Source: Eutreptiella sp. 'Long Island Sound 2002' (Eukaryota > Protista > Euglenida). Taken from it: a stretch of 64,000 nt of DNA. The DNA lies in assembly GCA_964036045.1 (NCBI GenBank), contig OZ038378.1, positions 172,980,001 through 173,044,000 on the forward strand. Reading direction: 5' to 3'. Of the stretch, positions 1 to 11,190 are shown piece by piece (position 1 is the first letter of the stretch; every line of letters begins with the position of its first letter). The translations under genes and the position numbers were made by a program. The notes under the pieces are model-generated. The model worked only from the letters and a program-made list of their open reading frames with translations. It did no database searches and was not told where the DNA came from.

Positions 1-329
1 GGTGGAGACCCAATGGCGTGCTCCCATTGTCTGGTGACAAGCGGGGCAGGGGCGCTCGTCCCCGGCGAACCCCAGACCGTCCCGGCGCGCCATCGTGCGG
101 AGGTGTGCCCCCCATCGGATTAAGCCACGCTCGGTAACGGCGGCATAGACCCCCAGGGACTGGCGCTCCCCGTGCTCGGGGGCCTCCATATGAAGATCCC
201 AAAGACGGCGAGACGACGTCTCGACTAGACGGTCCAGGTTATGAACCTGGACGTCGTTGTGGGTGAAACAGACCTGGGGTGTTTGGAGCCCCCGGATCCA
301 CCCCACCTCGGGGCGGGCCCCGGAAGCCT

Positions 330-780
330 GCTTCTTGGCTTCCCCGTCGGCTACGTCCAACAGGGCGTCCAGGAAAGTGCCGACCCTGTGGGACTACAGG
401 TGCTGGGGCGCACTGAACCCCTCGGACAGAAAACCCCGGCACGCCCGCAGCAGGTCGTCCGACAGCGGGGAGGATCCGGGGTTGCGGGACTGGACGGCGT
501 CTATATAGCCCTTGCTGTCGTGGAAGGACCACTGCCGGCCTCGGGTGCCCCACACCACCCGGTGGGCGCCACGTGCCCGCAAAACCTCCCAGGCCACGTA
601 GAGTTCTGCCTGGTAGGACCCGTCTACGTGGACCGGGATGGGGATCCGGTAGATCCGGTGCCATCCTGTCGTGGGGTCCGCCACCACCGGCCCGCCCCCA
701 GCCGTGTGGTTGGGATACCAGGAGGCGTCCTGCACGAAAACCGCCTCTGCAGGTACGCTCTGCAGGGTGACCCCCTCGGA
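330..780 (-). pseudogene. RNase H domain of the retroelement
   Basis: VFVQDASW..GGG, SYQAELYVAWEVL, FHDSKGYI, HL*SHRVG..DVADGEAK. All four acidic catalytic positions are present. TAG at 394-396, after which the frame stays open to base 1. Confidence 0.9.
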
Positions 781-1399
781 GTGTACCTCCTGGGCCCACC
801 GCATGCAGCGGGGCCACGGGGGGAGGGACTTTGGTCCATGAAACCGCGACGGCCAACCCGCTCTGCGGGTGCTGGACCAGTCCCGATAACCGGCCGCCAG
901 AGCCGCGTGGCCGTCGTTTGCCTCGTCGATGGTCGTCGCCGCGCCCAGTGGGTGTTTGCTCACCTCCACGGCGTGGCTCCCCGGAGCGGGCCAGACCCGG
1001 ATTTCCATGAGCCACGTATAGCGCAGGAACCGGTCATGGTCCGTGGGGTGGCAATCACAGTCCGCCAGGCCCCGGAGTACGCAGGGCATGTCCGGGTGGA
1101 ACCGCCCGAGGGCGCACATATGCCCCCACCGGGCGGAAGCCCGGGTCAGAGGATTGGGGTGGTTCAACTGCCGGGCGTAGTTGAGCACAAACGTGGTCAA
1201 CACGTCCGGACCCAGAGGGCGAATGCCGGAGAGCCCCGCCTGCACGGGCCCGAGCAGGCGGTGCGCTGGCAGGCTTTCCCCCACAATCGCCCGGAGGGCG
1301 GAGATGGCGGGGTAGTCCGCGAGGTGCCATACCCGGACCGGGGGGGGCCGAACCCCGGCCTGGAAACGCGCCATGCTGCCCGCCTTCGGGTTGTACATG

Positions 1400-2440
1400 G
1401 CCGGGGGGTATTGCGCCCGCAAGGACTTGATGGGGATAACTGCGGAAGCACGCCGCGCCGCCATCTTGAACTTCCGGAAATCTTCCTTGTGATACGTATG
1501 TGGGAGGGCGTGGCGCCCCAGGGAGCGGATGTAATCCTTCTCCGTTGGCACGGGCAGCCGAACCCCGTTCATCAGAACCGAGGGAACCCCGTACCGTACG
1601 CGCTGCCCGTCCATCCAGGTCTGCAGGACGTGCATTTTCGACACGTCGGACCCCAGAGCCACCGCGTCTTCTGCGGCGGGGAGGGCTCTGGCGATGGCGG
1701 ACACATCCTCCGGGGAGCCCCCGAGCTAGACCGTATCGTCGGCCCAGGCCAGACTGTGCAAAAGGCCTGCTGGGGTGAGCACCCCGGGGTAGTTCCGGGA
1801 CACCATCTTCGCCCTTACCTCCCCCATAGGCGCGTAATCCAGCGGGGACAGAGGGCAGTCCTGTCCGGACCCTGCGTCGAACCACCCCTCGGCATGGTCG
1901 ACATCATCCGTGCCGCCCATGTCCAGGCGCATGTCCTCCACCAGGGAGCGGTGCAAGTGGCACAGCTCCGGGCCGTAACCCACCACCTGGTGTACAGAGT
2001 CCCGGGACACGTGGTCTGGGGAACCGAAAGCGTGTCGGACGTCGTCGAGGACGGGCCAGGCTTCGCCCCCGGAGCCCCAGCGGTACCAGAAAAAGTCGTG
2101 CAGTACCCTGAGGAAGTCCCATATGGACGTTCCCGGCCATAGGGCGAATTGGCTGGGGGGGAGGAACCCGTGCTCCCGAAGCCAGGGCTGCTCCTCCTCC
2201 TTTACCACCAGACCCACCACCTTGCGCAGAAGGACTAGGTTGGTGAGTGGGCGGTCATTGGCCCCAATGCCATGGGGAGGTTTCTTAGGGAGGAGGTGGA
2301 GGTCCCCGTGCGAAAGGGCCTCCAGGCGTTCCCCCCGCATGTAGCGGTTGACGACCTCGCATACAATGGCGAGACCGTCGTCGTCCATCTCCCGCAACAT
2401 CTAGTACTGCAACTGGTCGCGAGCCGGAGCCGTGTTGCCG
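1400..2440 (-). pseudogene. Reverse transcriptase domain (non-LTR type) with in-frame TAGs at 2401-2403 and 1726-1728
   Basis: TAPARDQLQY*ML, LLPKK..NDRPLTNL..RKV, SQFAL..GTS, VLDDVRHAFGSPDH, GSGQDCPLSPL, LAWADDTV*LGG, YIRSLG. ORFs 2401..2988, 1726..2400 and 394..1704 share one frame. Confidence 0.95.
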
Positions 2441-3114
2441 GTGCGTTGGAGTATGCGGCGGAGGTGGGGGACCGTAGCCGTGGGCAACCCCAGCGGCTGT
2501 GTGGGCGTGACCCAGCCCGTGAGGGCCCGGACGTCCCCCGGCGTCAGCTCCCTCAGCGTCTTCTGGTGTCGGTGACGCACCTGGTCCAGGGCCACCTTGG
2601 CCCTGGCACGCGGCGCCACGTCCACTTGAGCGCAGAACCGCGGTTGGACCGGCGGCGTGCGAGCGGGCCCGTACAGGTGGCGGAAAGCCCCACGGGATGG
2701 TCTGGCGAAGGGGGCCACCTCCGGGAGATGGGAGAGATACCGTTGCAAGTTCCCCACCTCCCAAGCTTCCGCCAGGTCCTGGCGGAGATCCAAACGCTCT
2801 TTGAGCGTGTCCAGTGACTCCCACCACCGTGGGCACCGCTTAGCGTGTGCCAGGAGCTGACGGTGGACCTGGTCCACACGCCCTGGGAGCTCCCCGAATT
2901 CACGAGGGGGGGCATGGGCCCTTTCCACCGCTCGTATGGTGGAGGCCAGGAAATACTCGTACAGGGCCGTCAAACTCGCGGGCCGCAAACCCTCCTCCCG
3001 GCGGCCGCTGACAAGGCCGCATGGTAGCTGCCCGTGACGCCCGGGTCACGTATCTGGAAATGCCTGGCACGCAGCCGCACCGGGGGTCTGTCTTCCGGGT
3101 CCTGGAAATCCCGG

Positions 3115-3790
3115 GCGTCCCACACCACCGGGCGGTGGTCAGAGGGGAAGGGGGAGGCCTCGTCCACCCACAGATGTCCCTCCTTTGGGGCAGGGCCTTG
3201 TAGCATGTGGTCAATCACCCCCACGCACCCCCGTCCGTCGGTCCACGTGGGCGCCTCGGCGGTGGGGTGATAGCGGACTAGGCCAGTGTCCTGGACAAAC
3301 TCCTCCCACAGGATGGTGAGGGCAGCCGGGGCCTGCCGGAAGCCTGTCGCCCATCCAGGGTTGGCGTTGAGATCCCCCATCATCAGGGTATACACCCCAC
3401 GACGGGGGGCCATGACGCCCAGGACCCATGCTAGGATGCTCCGCACCATGTCCAAGTCCTGGTCGGCCGGGAAATACACCACCACCGCCAGGATGTGTCC
3501 CCCCCGACAGTGGTATTCCAGGGCAACGCCGCGCTTGCTGGAGTGCATGTCCCGCCATACCTCCCGAAAGGTGGGATGCCACCGCACCAGCAACCCCACC
3601 CCGGCTGCCGGATGCGCCGCGGGGGTGAATGTGGCCCAGAACATGGCGTGGACCACCTTGAGGGCGGGCAACTTGCCCACTTCCTGTAGTCCCACCAAGT
3701 CCGGATAACCCCAACCGCGCAGACAAGACCCCAGGGACGGCATCTTACCCATTAGGCCTCTCCGGAGGTTCAGGGTGACAGCCCGAAGGC
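3115..3790 (-). pseudogene. AP endonuclease (EEP superfamily) domain of the retroelement
   Basis: Motifs VTLNLRRG, DLVGLQEV, GVGLLVR, VVYFP, MMGDLNA, TWT..VIDHML, SDHRPVVW in ORF 2970..4400. Confidence 0.95.
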
Positions 3791-4446
3791 CCCCGAGTCC
3801 GCGGTGGTCGCTGGCGGTGCCCCCAGAGAGGGTGTCAAGCGTCCCCCGGCCAGTGGGGCCCGCCGCGTGTTCCAACCGGCGGAGGACGGCTTGCCGGACC
3901 TTGGTGGGGAGCTCTAGCGCCGTGGAGCGCCGCAAATACCGCCCCAGTGCCCGCGCGTCGATGTTGGCCGCAACGTAGGCGGTGGAGCTGCTGGACGCAG
4001 CTTTGAACACCACCCGGCCGCGACTGTACGTGGACCTGGGTACCCACGTCACGGATCCCTCAGCCCCGGGCGGGTGGGTGACGCCCCCCCACCGCTGTAC
4101 ACCTGCACCGAGTGGCCGCCTGAGACTTGGTACACGGCCATGTGGGCCGCCCACTGCTGTAGGATGGTGGGAAGGCGCCAGTCTCCCTGAAAAAGAGACA
4201 CGTGCCCCAGCGCGGGGTGGAGGCCCGGTAAACACTCCAGCGTCGTGGCCACGTCCCGCACGCCGCACATGGCGCCAGAAACGCCGAATACAATTCCCCA
4301 CTGGGCAGAGTGGCGCCCCGGACACACAGAGTCCCGGGCCAGAAGCTTGAGCTGGCCGTGGGCCACGGCCCCCGGAGAGAACACGTCCCCGGCGTCCCAC
4401 CCCAGAGTGACTGGCGCGGGGAGGGGAAGTTCGTCTGGGACGCCCC

Positions 4447-7400
4447 TTACGGGCTGGGCCCCCACGCGGGGGGCGCCACCGGGTTCACCGGGCCGGGCGG
4501 GGCTGTGGCAGCGGCCGCTGGGACTGGTTCCCCGTACCAGGGCCCCGCGTACCCCGAGGGGGGCGCTGTCGCGTCCGCGGTCGGGGCCGGCGGCCCGTAT
4601 GGCTGGTGCTGATACGGCGCCTGTGGGACGCTCATCCCCTGCGGGGGCATGGCCGCCCCGTAGTGGGGCGCCCGGCCGTCCCCCGGGTAGCGGGGATCCA
4701 TGGGCGGCGCTCCCCAGCCGGCGGTGGTCGGAGGGCAGGCCACCACCGACTGATGCGGTGGAGCCATGGAGTGCATCTCCGGCCGAGGGTAGGGGGAGCG
4801 CTCCCCATAACTCGTGGGGGGGTCGCACGACCGGTAGTCCTGTCCCCAGCCGTCGTCCCGGGGGAGCCATTGTGGTGGCTGGCGAGGTTGCTCGCTCCGC
4901 GACGGCGCACGGTAATCGTAGCGCCCATCCCACGGGCCCCCCACCGACTGGGGAGTATGACGCGAGCCTCCTCGGCGGTAATCGTCCTCCGGTGAGGGGT
5001 ATCTGCCCCCTCGTCGCGGGGTGTAGTCTCCCTCCAACCGATGGGAGGCCCGCGGGGGGGACTAGGAGGGGGACCGGCGCCGTCTCCGACCCTCGTCCCC
5101 GGCCCCGTCCCGATCACGAGCCCGGATCAAGCCTTTGGGTCCTGCCATAAGGTCCCCACTACGCATCCGCTGGAGCACGGCATTGCTCTTTTCCACATGG
5201 TGGGCCCGCAGCAACCCACCGGAATACGGTTGTTTGTTGGCCTTGGCCCACTCGTAGGTGAACTGCTTGTCGGCGTCGCCTCCGCCCCCCTCCAAGGCGG
5301 AGGCAGCCTCGGGCCGCACGCCCACGAGTGCCCAACCCCCATCCTCCGTGTGGCATAGCTGCCCTTCGTCCTTGATATAGGACACACGGAAGTCCCCGAA
5401 GGCCTTCTTCAAGACCATGCCCAGCCGCCCCGGGGATAGGGGGTAGATGGCCTCCGGGGTGTCGCGCGGGTTGACGCGCCACCGGACCATGACGGCCACG
5501 GAGTACGTGTCGTAGTCCGAGCCGCCTTTGCCCCTGCCGGGGGATTTGCCGCTCCCTCCGGCCTGGTTGGCCCGGGACGCTGCCGCTACCTTGGCTGCCC
5601 CCTGAGAGTCAGGGGCCGGGGTTTGCGATCCGGAGGGCTCCGCCCGGCGGTCCCGGACAAACTCCCTGACCAGTTGGCCCAACTCGGGCCGCGTGGGCAG
5701 GAGCCTGCCCAGGGCCGTATACTGGGCCCGCAGGTTGCTTTGGGGGAACTCCGGGGGGAGGTCCAGCCTGGTAGCCAGGTGCAGATGAAGCTTCTGGGCC
5801 TCCCCCGTCTGCGAGTCCGGTGGTACCTCATTGAGGTACACCAAGAGGGCGCGGAGCTCGTCCCGCCCCGGTGTGGGGGTTGCCGCACCGGCCGCATCCG
5901 CGGCAGTGGGAGTGGTGTCCCCCCCGGAGCGGTTCCCGGGGGTGACCGCGACGACGGGCTTGCCGGCCGAGCGGACCGCCGGGGAGGTCTCTGGCCCTTC
6001 GTGCGGCGTTGGGGCCCTGCCCATCGGGCGGGTGTCCGCGGACAACCCCAGCAGTGGTCCCTGTCCCACAGCCTCCGTCGGGAAGTGCAGGACGGGCTGG
6101 ACCGGGACCCGCAACCGACGTGAGAGCTGCTCCAGGGACGGGGGGGGGGGTCCACCCGCAGGACCGCGGCGCAGACCAGGGTCGCACAGATCTCCCGGAA
6201 ATTCGGGTTCGCCGTGGAGGGCGGCCCGTACCCCGCGGGCACCCAGCCCCGCAGCGCCCGCTCCACCGCGGGCTGTGAGATGTGCTCGTCCCGAACAATC
6301 TGCACAGCCTCGAGGATGGCGGGGAGGTGCCGGCTGAGGCGCTCGTCCACTGCCCCCGCGACATCGCGTGCCGCCCGCTGGGCGTCGGCGAGCTGTCGGC
6401 GGAGGCTACTGCCCTCCTCCTCGAGGGACCTCGTGCGGGAACGCTGCCGCACCAGTTCCCCGCTGACCGTGGCGTGGTCACGCCGCATGGAGGCCAACTC
6501 CCCCTCGGAGCGATGCAGGTCCGCACGGACCCGCTGCAGCTCCTGCAGGCGGCGATCCTGCTCGGAGGACAGGGCCTGGCACGTGGCCTGGGCGTCTTCC
6601 AGGTCACGCTCCAGGTCCTGGAGACGGGACTCCCACAGAGGGGGACGGCGTCCCGCGTCCATGGGGGGGCGACCCCCTGCCCCCGTAGACTCCGGGTACC
6701 AACGTTCACCCGGGCTCCTGTCGGGTACGCCGTCCCGGTGGGGCACGCCCGCCGCGGTGACAGGTGGGCATAGGAGGCCAGTCCCGTCACCCAGAGACAC
6801 ATGCACCCCGGCTCTCCCGGGCGCGGGCGCTTGCGGAGTCGCAGGTACCGGGCTCGCGTGTGAGCCCCCGGCGGAGCCCCCGGAAAGGATCTCTAGAGTA
6901 TTAGAGATGGGCGGGGGAAACCCCGACTGGGCCGCGCGATGGGCAGCCACCAGTGCACAGCCCCCGTCGGACGGCGCACGCCGACTGTCGACTGCGTGGG
7001 TGGTGTGGCGGTCTGCCGGCATGGAGCCGCCCCCGAGACCCGAGCCAGCAGGGCCCGGGATCGCCAGCGGGGTGGGAGAGTCTTCCACATGCTCCCCTAC
7101 TGGGGATTCCGCGTCGAACTCATATATGGAGGTACCCCCAAATTTGATTTCGCGGCTGACCCCCGTCGGGTTGGAGGGGGATTCCCCCTCGGGGGTATGT
7201 GCCCCCCGAGGGACCGCGTCGCCCCCCGCGGAAGGGGCCGCGCCGGTTGTAGCCCCCGCACAGGGCTCAAGCAACCGCCAAGGGTCGGAGACCGTTGGAT
7301 ACACACCGTCCACGTTCACGTAAGGTTGCGTGGGGTCGTCATCCCTGGCTGCGTCCGCGTCCACAACCGGCGAGGCCCCAGCGCCCGCCGGGACGGGAAG

Positions 7401-8420
7401 GTCCGCGGCGGCTGCACCACCCCCGGTGCGGGAGGATACCCGTGTCCAGGACGCAGCGCTCAGAGGGGCTTCGGTGCCCCGGGAGGCAAGCAGCGCCAAA
7501 ACGGGGGCTGAGGCCCACGATGGCGTGATATCGCCTAGCAGCTCCCCCAGTGCCTCCACCGTGGTAATCGGTAGGGTGGAAGCCTCAAAGGCACCCCGGA
7601 GGACGTCCAGGGGCCAATCCCGGATTTCAGGCAACCCCTTCGGTAACGGGGTCACCGGTACCCCCGCGCTGGCGCCTCCCACTTGACGGGAGGCCCACAC
7701 CATTAGTCCTGCCCAAAGTTCGTTCCCCGTGCCGGAGATGTGAGGCAAGACCTCAGTGGGCCGTTTGGGCAGAGCCCAAAGGATTCGTACCTGGTCCTTG
7801 GCCCCCAAACGACCCCAATCAGCTTGACAGCCGGGGGAGAGAAAGGGAGCGATTGGACGTAACGCCGCGTTGGCTGTGCTGTGGTGCACCTGCGGTGCGC
7901 TGGCGGATTCGGCTAGGGCGTCATCCACCTTCAGGATCCGCGCCAAGCGCTTCCGCAGCCGCAGGGTGTCGAAAGGGGCGCACCCCGAGATGACCCAACG
8001 GGCTAGATCCAGATGACGGGGATGCATCGTACTCCCCAGGTACTCGACCAGAGGTCCCCCAGCCGCCACCATAAGGGGGACGTCCTGGGAGACGAAAGTT
8101 TGGGCGTCGTATGACCCAGTAACCGTGGCCGTGAGGCACAACCCCCGTGGAGTCAAGATAACCCCCATGGACGTAATGGCGGTGATCACCCCCACGCGCC
8201 GGGCCCAGCGAAGGGCGTCCGGCACCTCCTCTGGGCGCCCTCGGGCGACCTCCGGGAGGGAATCCGCGGCGGCCTGTAGCAGCGCCTTGTCGCTGGCCAC
8301 TGACCAGCTATCCCTCAGGCGGCCGTGCGCCGCCGAGGACCCCTGCCGGATGGCATCCAGCAATGGGGAGTCCCGGTAGTCGGGTTCTCCGGGAAAAGCC
8401 AGGTCGACAAGGCCACTCAT
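4447..8420 (-). pseudogene. Gag/ORF1-like 5' part of the retroelement coding region (unknown N-terminal domain, Pro/Ala linker, coiled coil, RRM-like domain, RS/Pro-rich region)
   Basis: ATG at 8420 (ORF 5586..8420). Frame change in the G11 run at 6140-6150 into ORF 5062..6114 (..LRVDPP-PSLEQLSRRLRVP..). In-frame TAG at 5062-5064, then ORF 4447..5037. Heptad-rich segment WESRLQDLERDLEDAQATCQALSSEQDRRLQELQRVRADL.. at ~6300-6640. Confidence 0.75.
5240..5510 (-). other. RRM-like domain followed by an Arg/Ser-rich tract
   Basis: YSVAVMV..LSPGRLGMVLKKAFGDFRVSYI..GWALVGVRPEAASAL..FTYEWAK resembles the RRM pattern (RNP1 GFAFVEF..EEA..A, terminal VEWAK). It is followed by RARDRD..RRRRRSPS*SPPR. Assigned by pattern only. 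Confidence 0.5.
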
Positions 8421-8499
8421 TTTGCGTTCTCTGTGTCCTGCAAAGACGGGGGTACCTCAGCACCCCGCACCCCTCCCTCCGCGATGGAGGGCGGCAGGA

Positions 8500-11190
8500 C
8501 AGAACGCACGTTGGGAGTGCCCTCTAAACCCCCACGGGGCGTCCCTATCCCTCCGCGGCCCCGGCAAAACCGGAGGGACCCGAGTGTGCCCGCCGCTATG
8601 TGGGTGGTGGACCTCTCCGTGTGCCCAAAAACCCCCACAGGGCGTCCCTATCCCTCCGCGGCCCAGGCAGGACCAGAGGAACTCGGGTGTAACCGCCGCT
8701 GTGTGGGGAGGGACCCCTCCGCGTGCTTTACTACCGCCCTTGCGGCGCCCCTATCCCTCCGCGGTCTAGGCAGGACCGGAGGGACTAGGGTGCGACCGCC
8801 GCTGTGTGGGGGAGGGACCCCTCCGTGTGCCCTCAAAACCCCCACGGGGCGTCCCTATCCCTGCGCGCCCCATGCAGGACCGGAGGGACTCGGGTGTTAC
8901 CGCCGCTGCGTGGAGGACGGACCTCACCGTGTGCCCCCAGACCCCCACGGGGCGTCCCTATCCCTCCGCGGCCCACGCAGGACCGGAGGGACTCGGGTGT
9001 AACCGCCGCTGTGTGGGGAGGGACCTCACCGTGTGCCCCCAAACCCCCACGGGGCGTCCCTGTCCCTCCGCGGCCCCGTCAGGACCGGAGGGACTCGGGT
9101 GTAACCGCCGCTGTGTGGGGGAGGGACCTCTCCGTGTGCCCCCAAACCCCCATGGGGCGTCCTTATCCCTCCGCGGCCCAGGCAGGACCGGAAGGACTCG
9201 GGTGTAACCGCCGCTGTGTGGGGAGGGACCTCTCCGTGTGCCTCCGAACCCCCACGGGGCGTCCCTATCCCTCCGCGGCCCAGGCAGAACCGGAGGGACT
9301 CCGGTGTAGCCGCCGCTGTGTGGGGGAGGGACCTCTCCGTGTGCCCCCAAACCCCCCCGGGGCGTCCCTATCCCTCCGCGGCCCAAGCAGGACCGGAGAG
9401 ACTCGGGTGTAACCGCCGCTGTGTGGGGAGGGACTCATTCGTGTGCCCCCAAACCCCCACGGGGCGTCCCTATCCCTCCGCGGCCCCGGCAGGACCGGAG
9501 GGACTCGGGTGTAACCGCCGCTGTGTGGGGAGAGACTTCCCCCGTGTGTCCCCAAACCCCCACGGGGCGTCCCTATCCCTCCGCGGGCCATGCAGGACCG
9601 GAGGGACTCGGGTGTAACCGCCGCTGTGTGGGGGAGGGAACTCTTCGTGTGCCCCCATACCCCCACGGGGCGTCCCTATCCCGCCGCGGCCCAGGCAGGA
9701 CCGGAGGGACTCGCGTGTAACCGCCGCTGTGTGGGGGAGGGACCTCCTCGTGTGCCCCCATACCCCCACGGGGCGTCCCTATCCCTCCGCGGCCCAGGCA
9801 GGACCGGAGGGACTCGGGTGTAACCGCCGCTGTGTGGGGGAGGGACCTCCTCGTGTGCCCCCGAACCCCCACGGGGCGTCCCTATCCCGCCGCGGCCCAG
9901 GCAGGACCGGAGGGACTCGGGTGTAACCGCCGCTGTGTGGGGAGAGACTTCCCCCGTGTGTCCCCAAACCCCCACGGGGCGTCCCTATCCCTCCGCGGCC
10001 CAGGCAGGACCGGAGGGACTCGGGTGTAACCGCCGCTGTGTGGGGGAGGGACCTCCTCGTGTCCCCCCAAACCCCCACGGGGCGTCCCTATCCCTCCGCG
10101 GCCCAGGCAGGACCGGAGGGACTCGGGTGTAACCGCCGCTGTGTGGGGAAGGGAACTCTTCGTGTGTCCTCAAACCCCCACGGGGCGCCCCTATCCCTCC
10201 GCGGCCTAGGCAGGACCGGAGGGACTCGGGTGTAACCGCCGCTGTGTGGGGAGAGACTTCCCCCGTGTGTCCCCAAACCCCCACGGGGCGTCCCTATCCC
10301 TCCGCGGCCCCGGCAGGACCGGAGGGACTCGGGTGTAACCGCCGCTGTGTGGGGAGGGACTCATTCGTGTGCCCCCATACCCCCACGGGGCGTCCCTATC
10401 CCTCCGCGGCCCAGGCAGGACCGGAGGGACTCGGCTGTAACCGCCGCTGTGTGGGGGAGGGACCTCTCCGTGCGCCCCCAAACCCCCACGGGGCGTCCCT
10501 ATCCCTCCGCGGCACAGGCAGGACCGGAGGGACTCGGCTGTAACCGCCGCTGTGTGGGGGAGGGACCTCTCCGTGTGCCCCCAAACCCCCACGGGGCGTC
10601 CCTATCCCTCCGCGGCCCCGTCAGGACCGGAGGGACTCGGGTGTAACTGCCGCTGTGTGGGGAAGGGAACTCTTCGTGTGTCCTCAAACCCCCACGGGGC
10701 GTCCCTATCCCTCCGCGGCCCAGGCAGGACCGGAGGGACTCGGGTGTAACCGCCGCTGTGTGGGGGGGGGGGACCTCTTCGTGTGCCCCCAAACCCCCAC
10801 GGGGCGTCCCTATCCCTCCGCGGCCCAGGCAGGACCGGAGGGACTCGGGTGTAACCGCCGCTGTGTGGGGGAGGGACCTGTCTGTGCGCCCCCAAACCCC
10901 CACGGGGCGTCCCTGTCCCTCCGCGGCCCAGGCAGGACCGGAGAGACTCGGGTGTAACCGCCGCTGTGTGGGGGAGGGACCTGTCTGTGCGCCCCCAAAC
11001 CCCCACGGGGCGCCCCTATCCCTCCGCGGCCCAGGCAGGACCGGAGAGACTCGGGTGTAACCGCCGCTGTGTGGGGGAGGGACCTCTCCGTGCGCCCCCA
11101 AACCCCCACGGGGCGTCCCTATCCCTCCGCGGCCCGGGCAGGACCGGAGGGACTCGGGTGTAACCGCCGCTGTGTGGGGGAGGAGCGTGT
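8500..11190. repeat. Tandem array of ~26 copies of a 103-bp monomer in the retroelement leader
   Basis: Core CCCCACGGGGCGTCCCTATCCCTCCGCGGCCCAGGCAGGACCGGAGGGACTCGGGTGTAACCGCCGCTGTGTGGGG recurs every ~103 bp (ORF-track starts 9470, 9573, 9676, 9779, 9882, 9985, 10088), with a short variable segment per unit. Confidence 0.97.

Noticed and set aside
241-2142. Long plus-strand ORF (633 aa) and other long antisense or overlapping ORFs over the LINE
   Set aside because: Shadow ORFs of GC-rich coding sequence with no recognisable motifs.
394-5064. Genome-wide TAG reassignment
   Set aside because: The host exons I reconstructed contain no in-frame TAG and CEP104 ends at a normal stop, so mutation bias is more parsimonious.
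5586-8420. 2A-like (DxExNPGP) peptide as in L1Tc
   Set aside because: The motif is not present in the translated region.
8500-11190. 103-bp array as a CRISPR array
   Set aside because: The variable parts are short, related to each other and reused; units are head-to-tail monomers; there are no cas genes and the context is eukaryotic.
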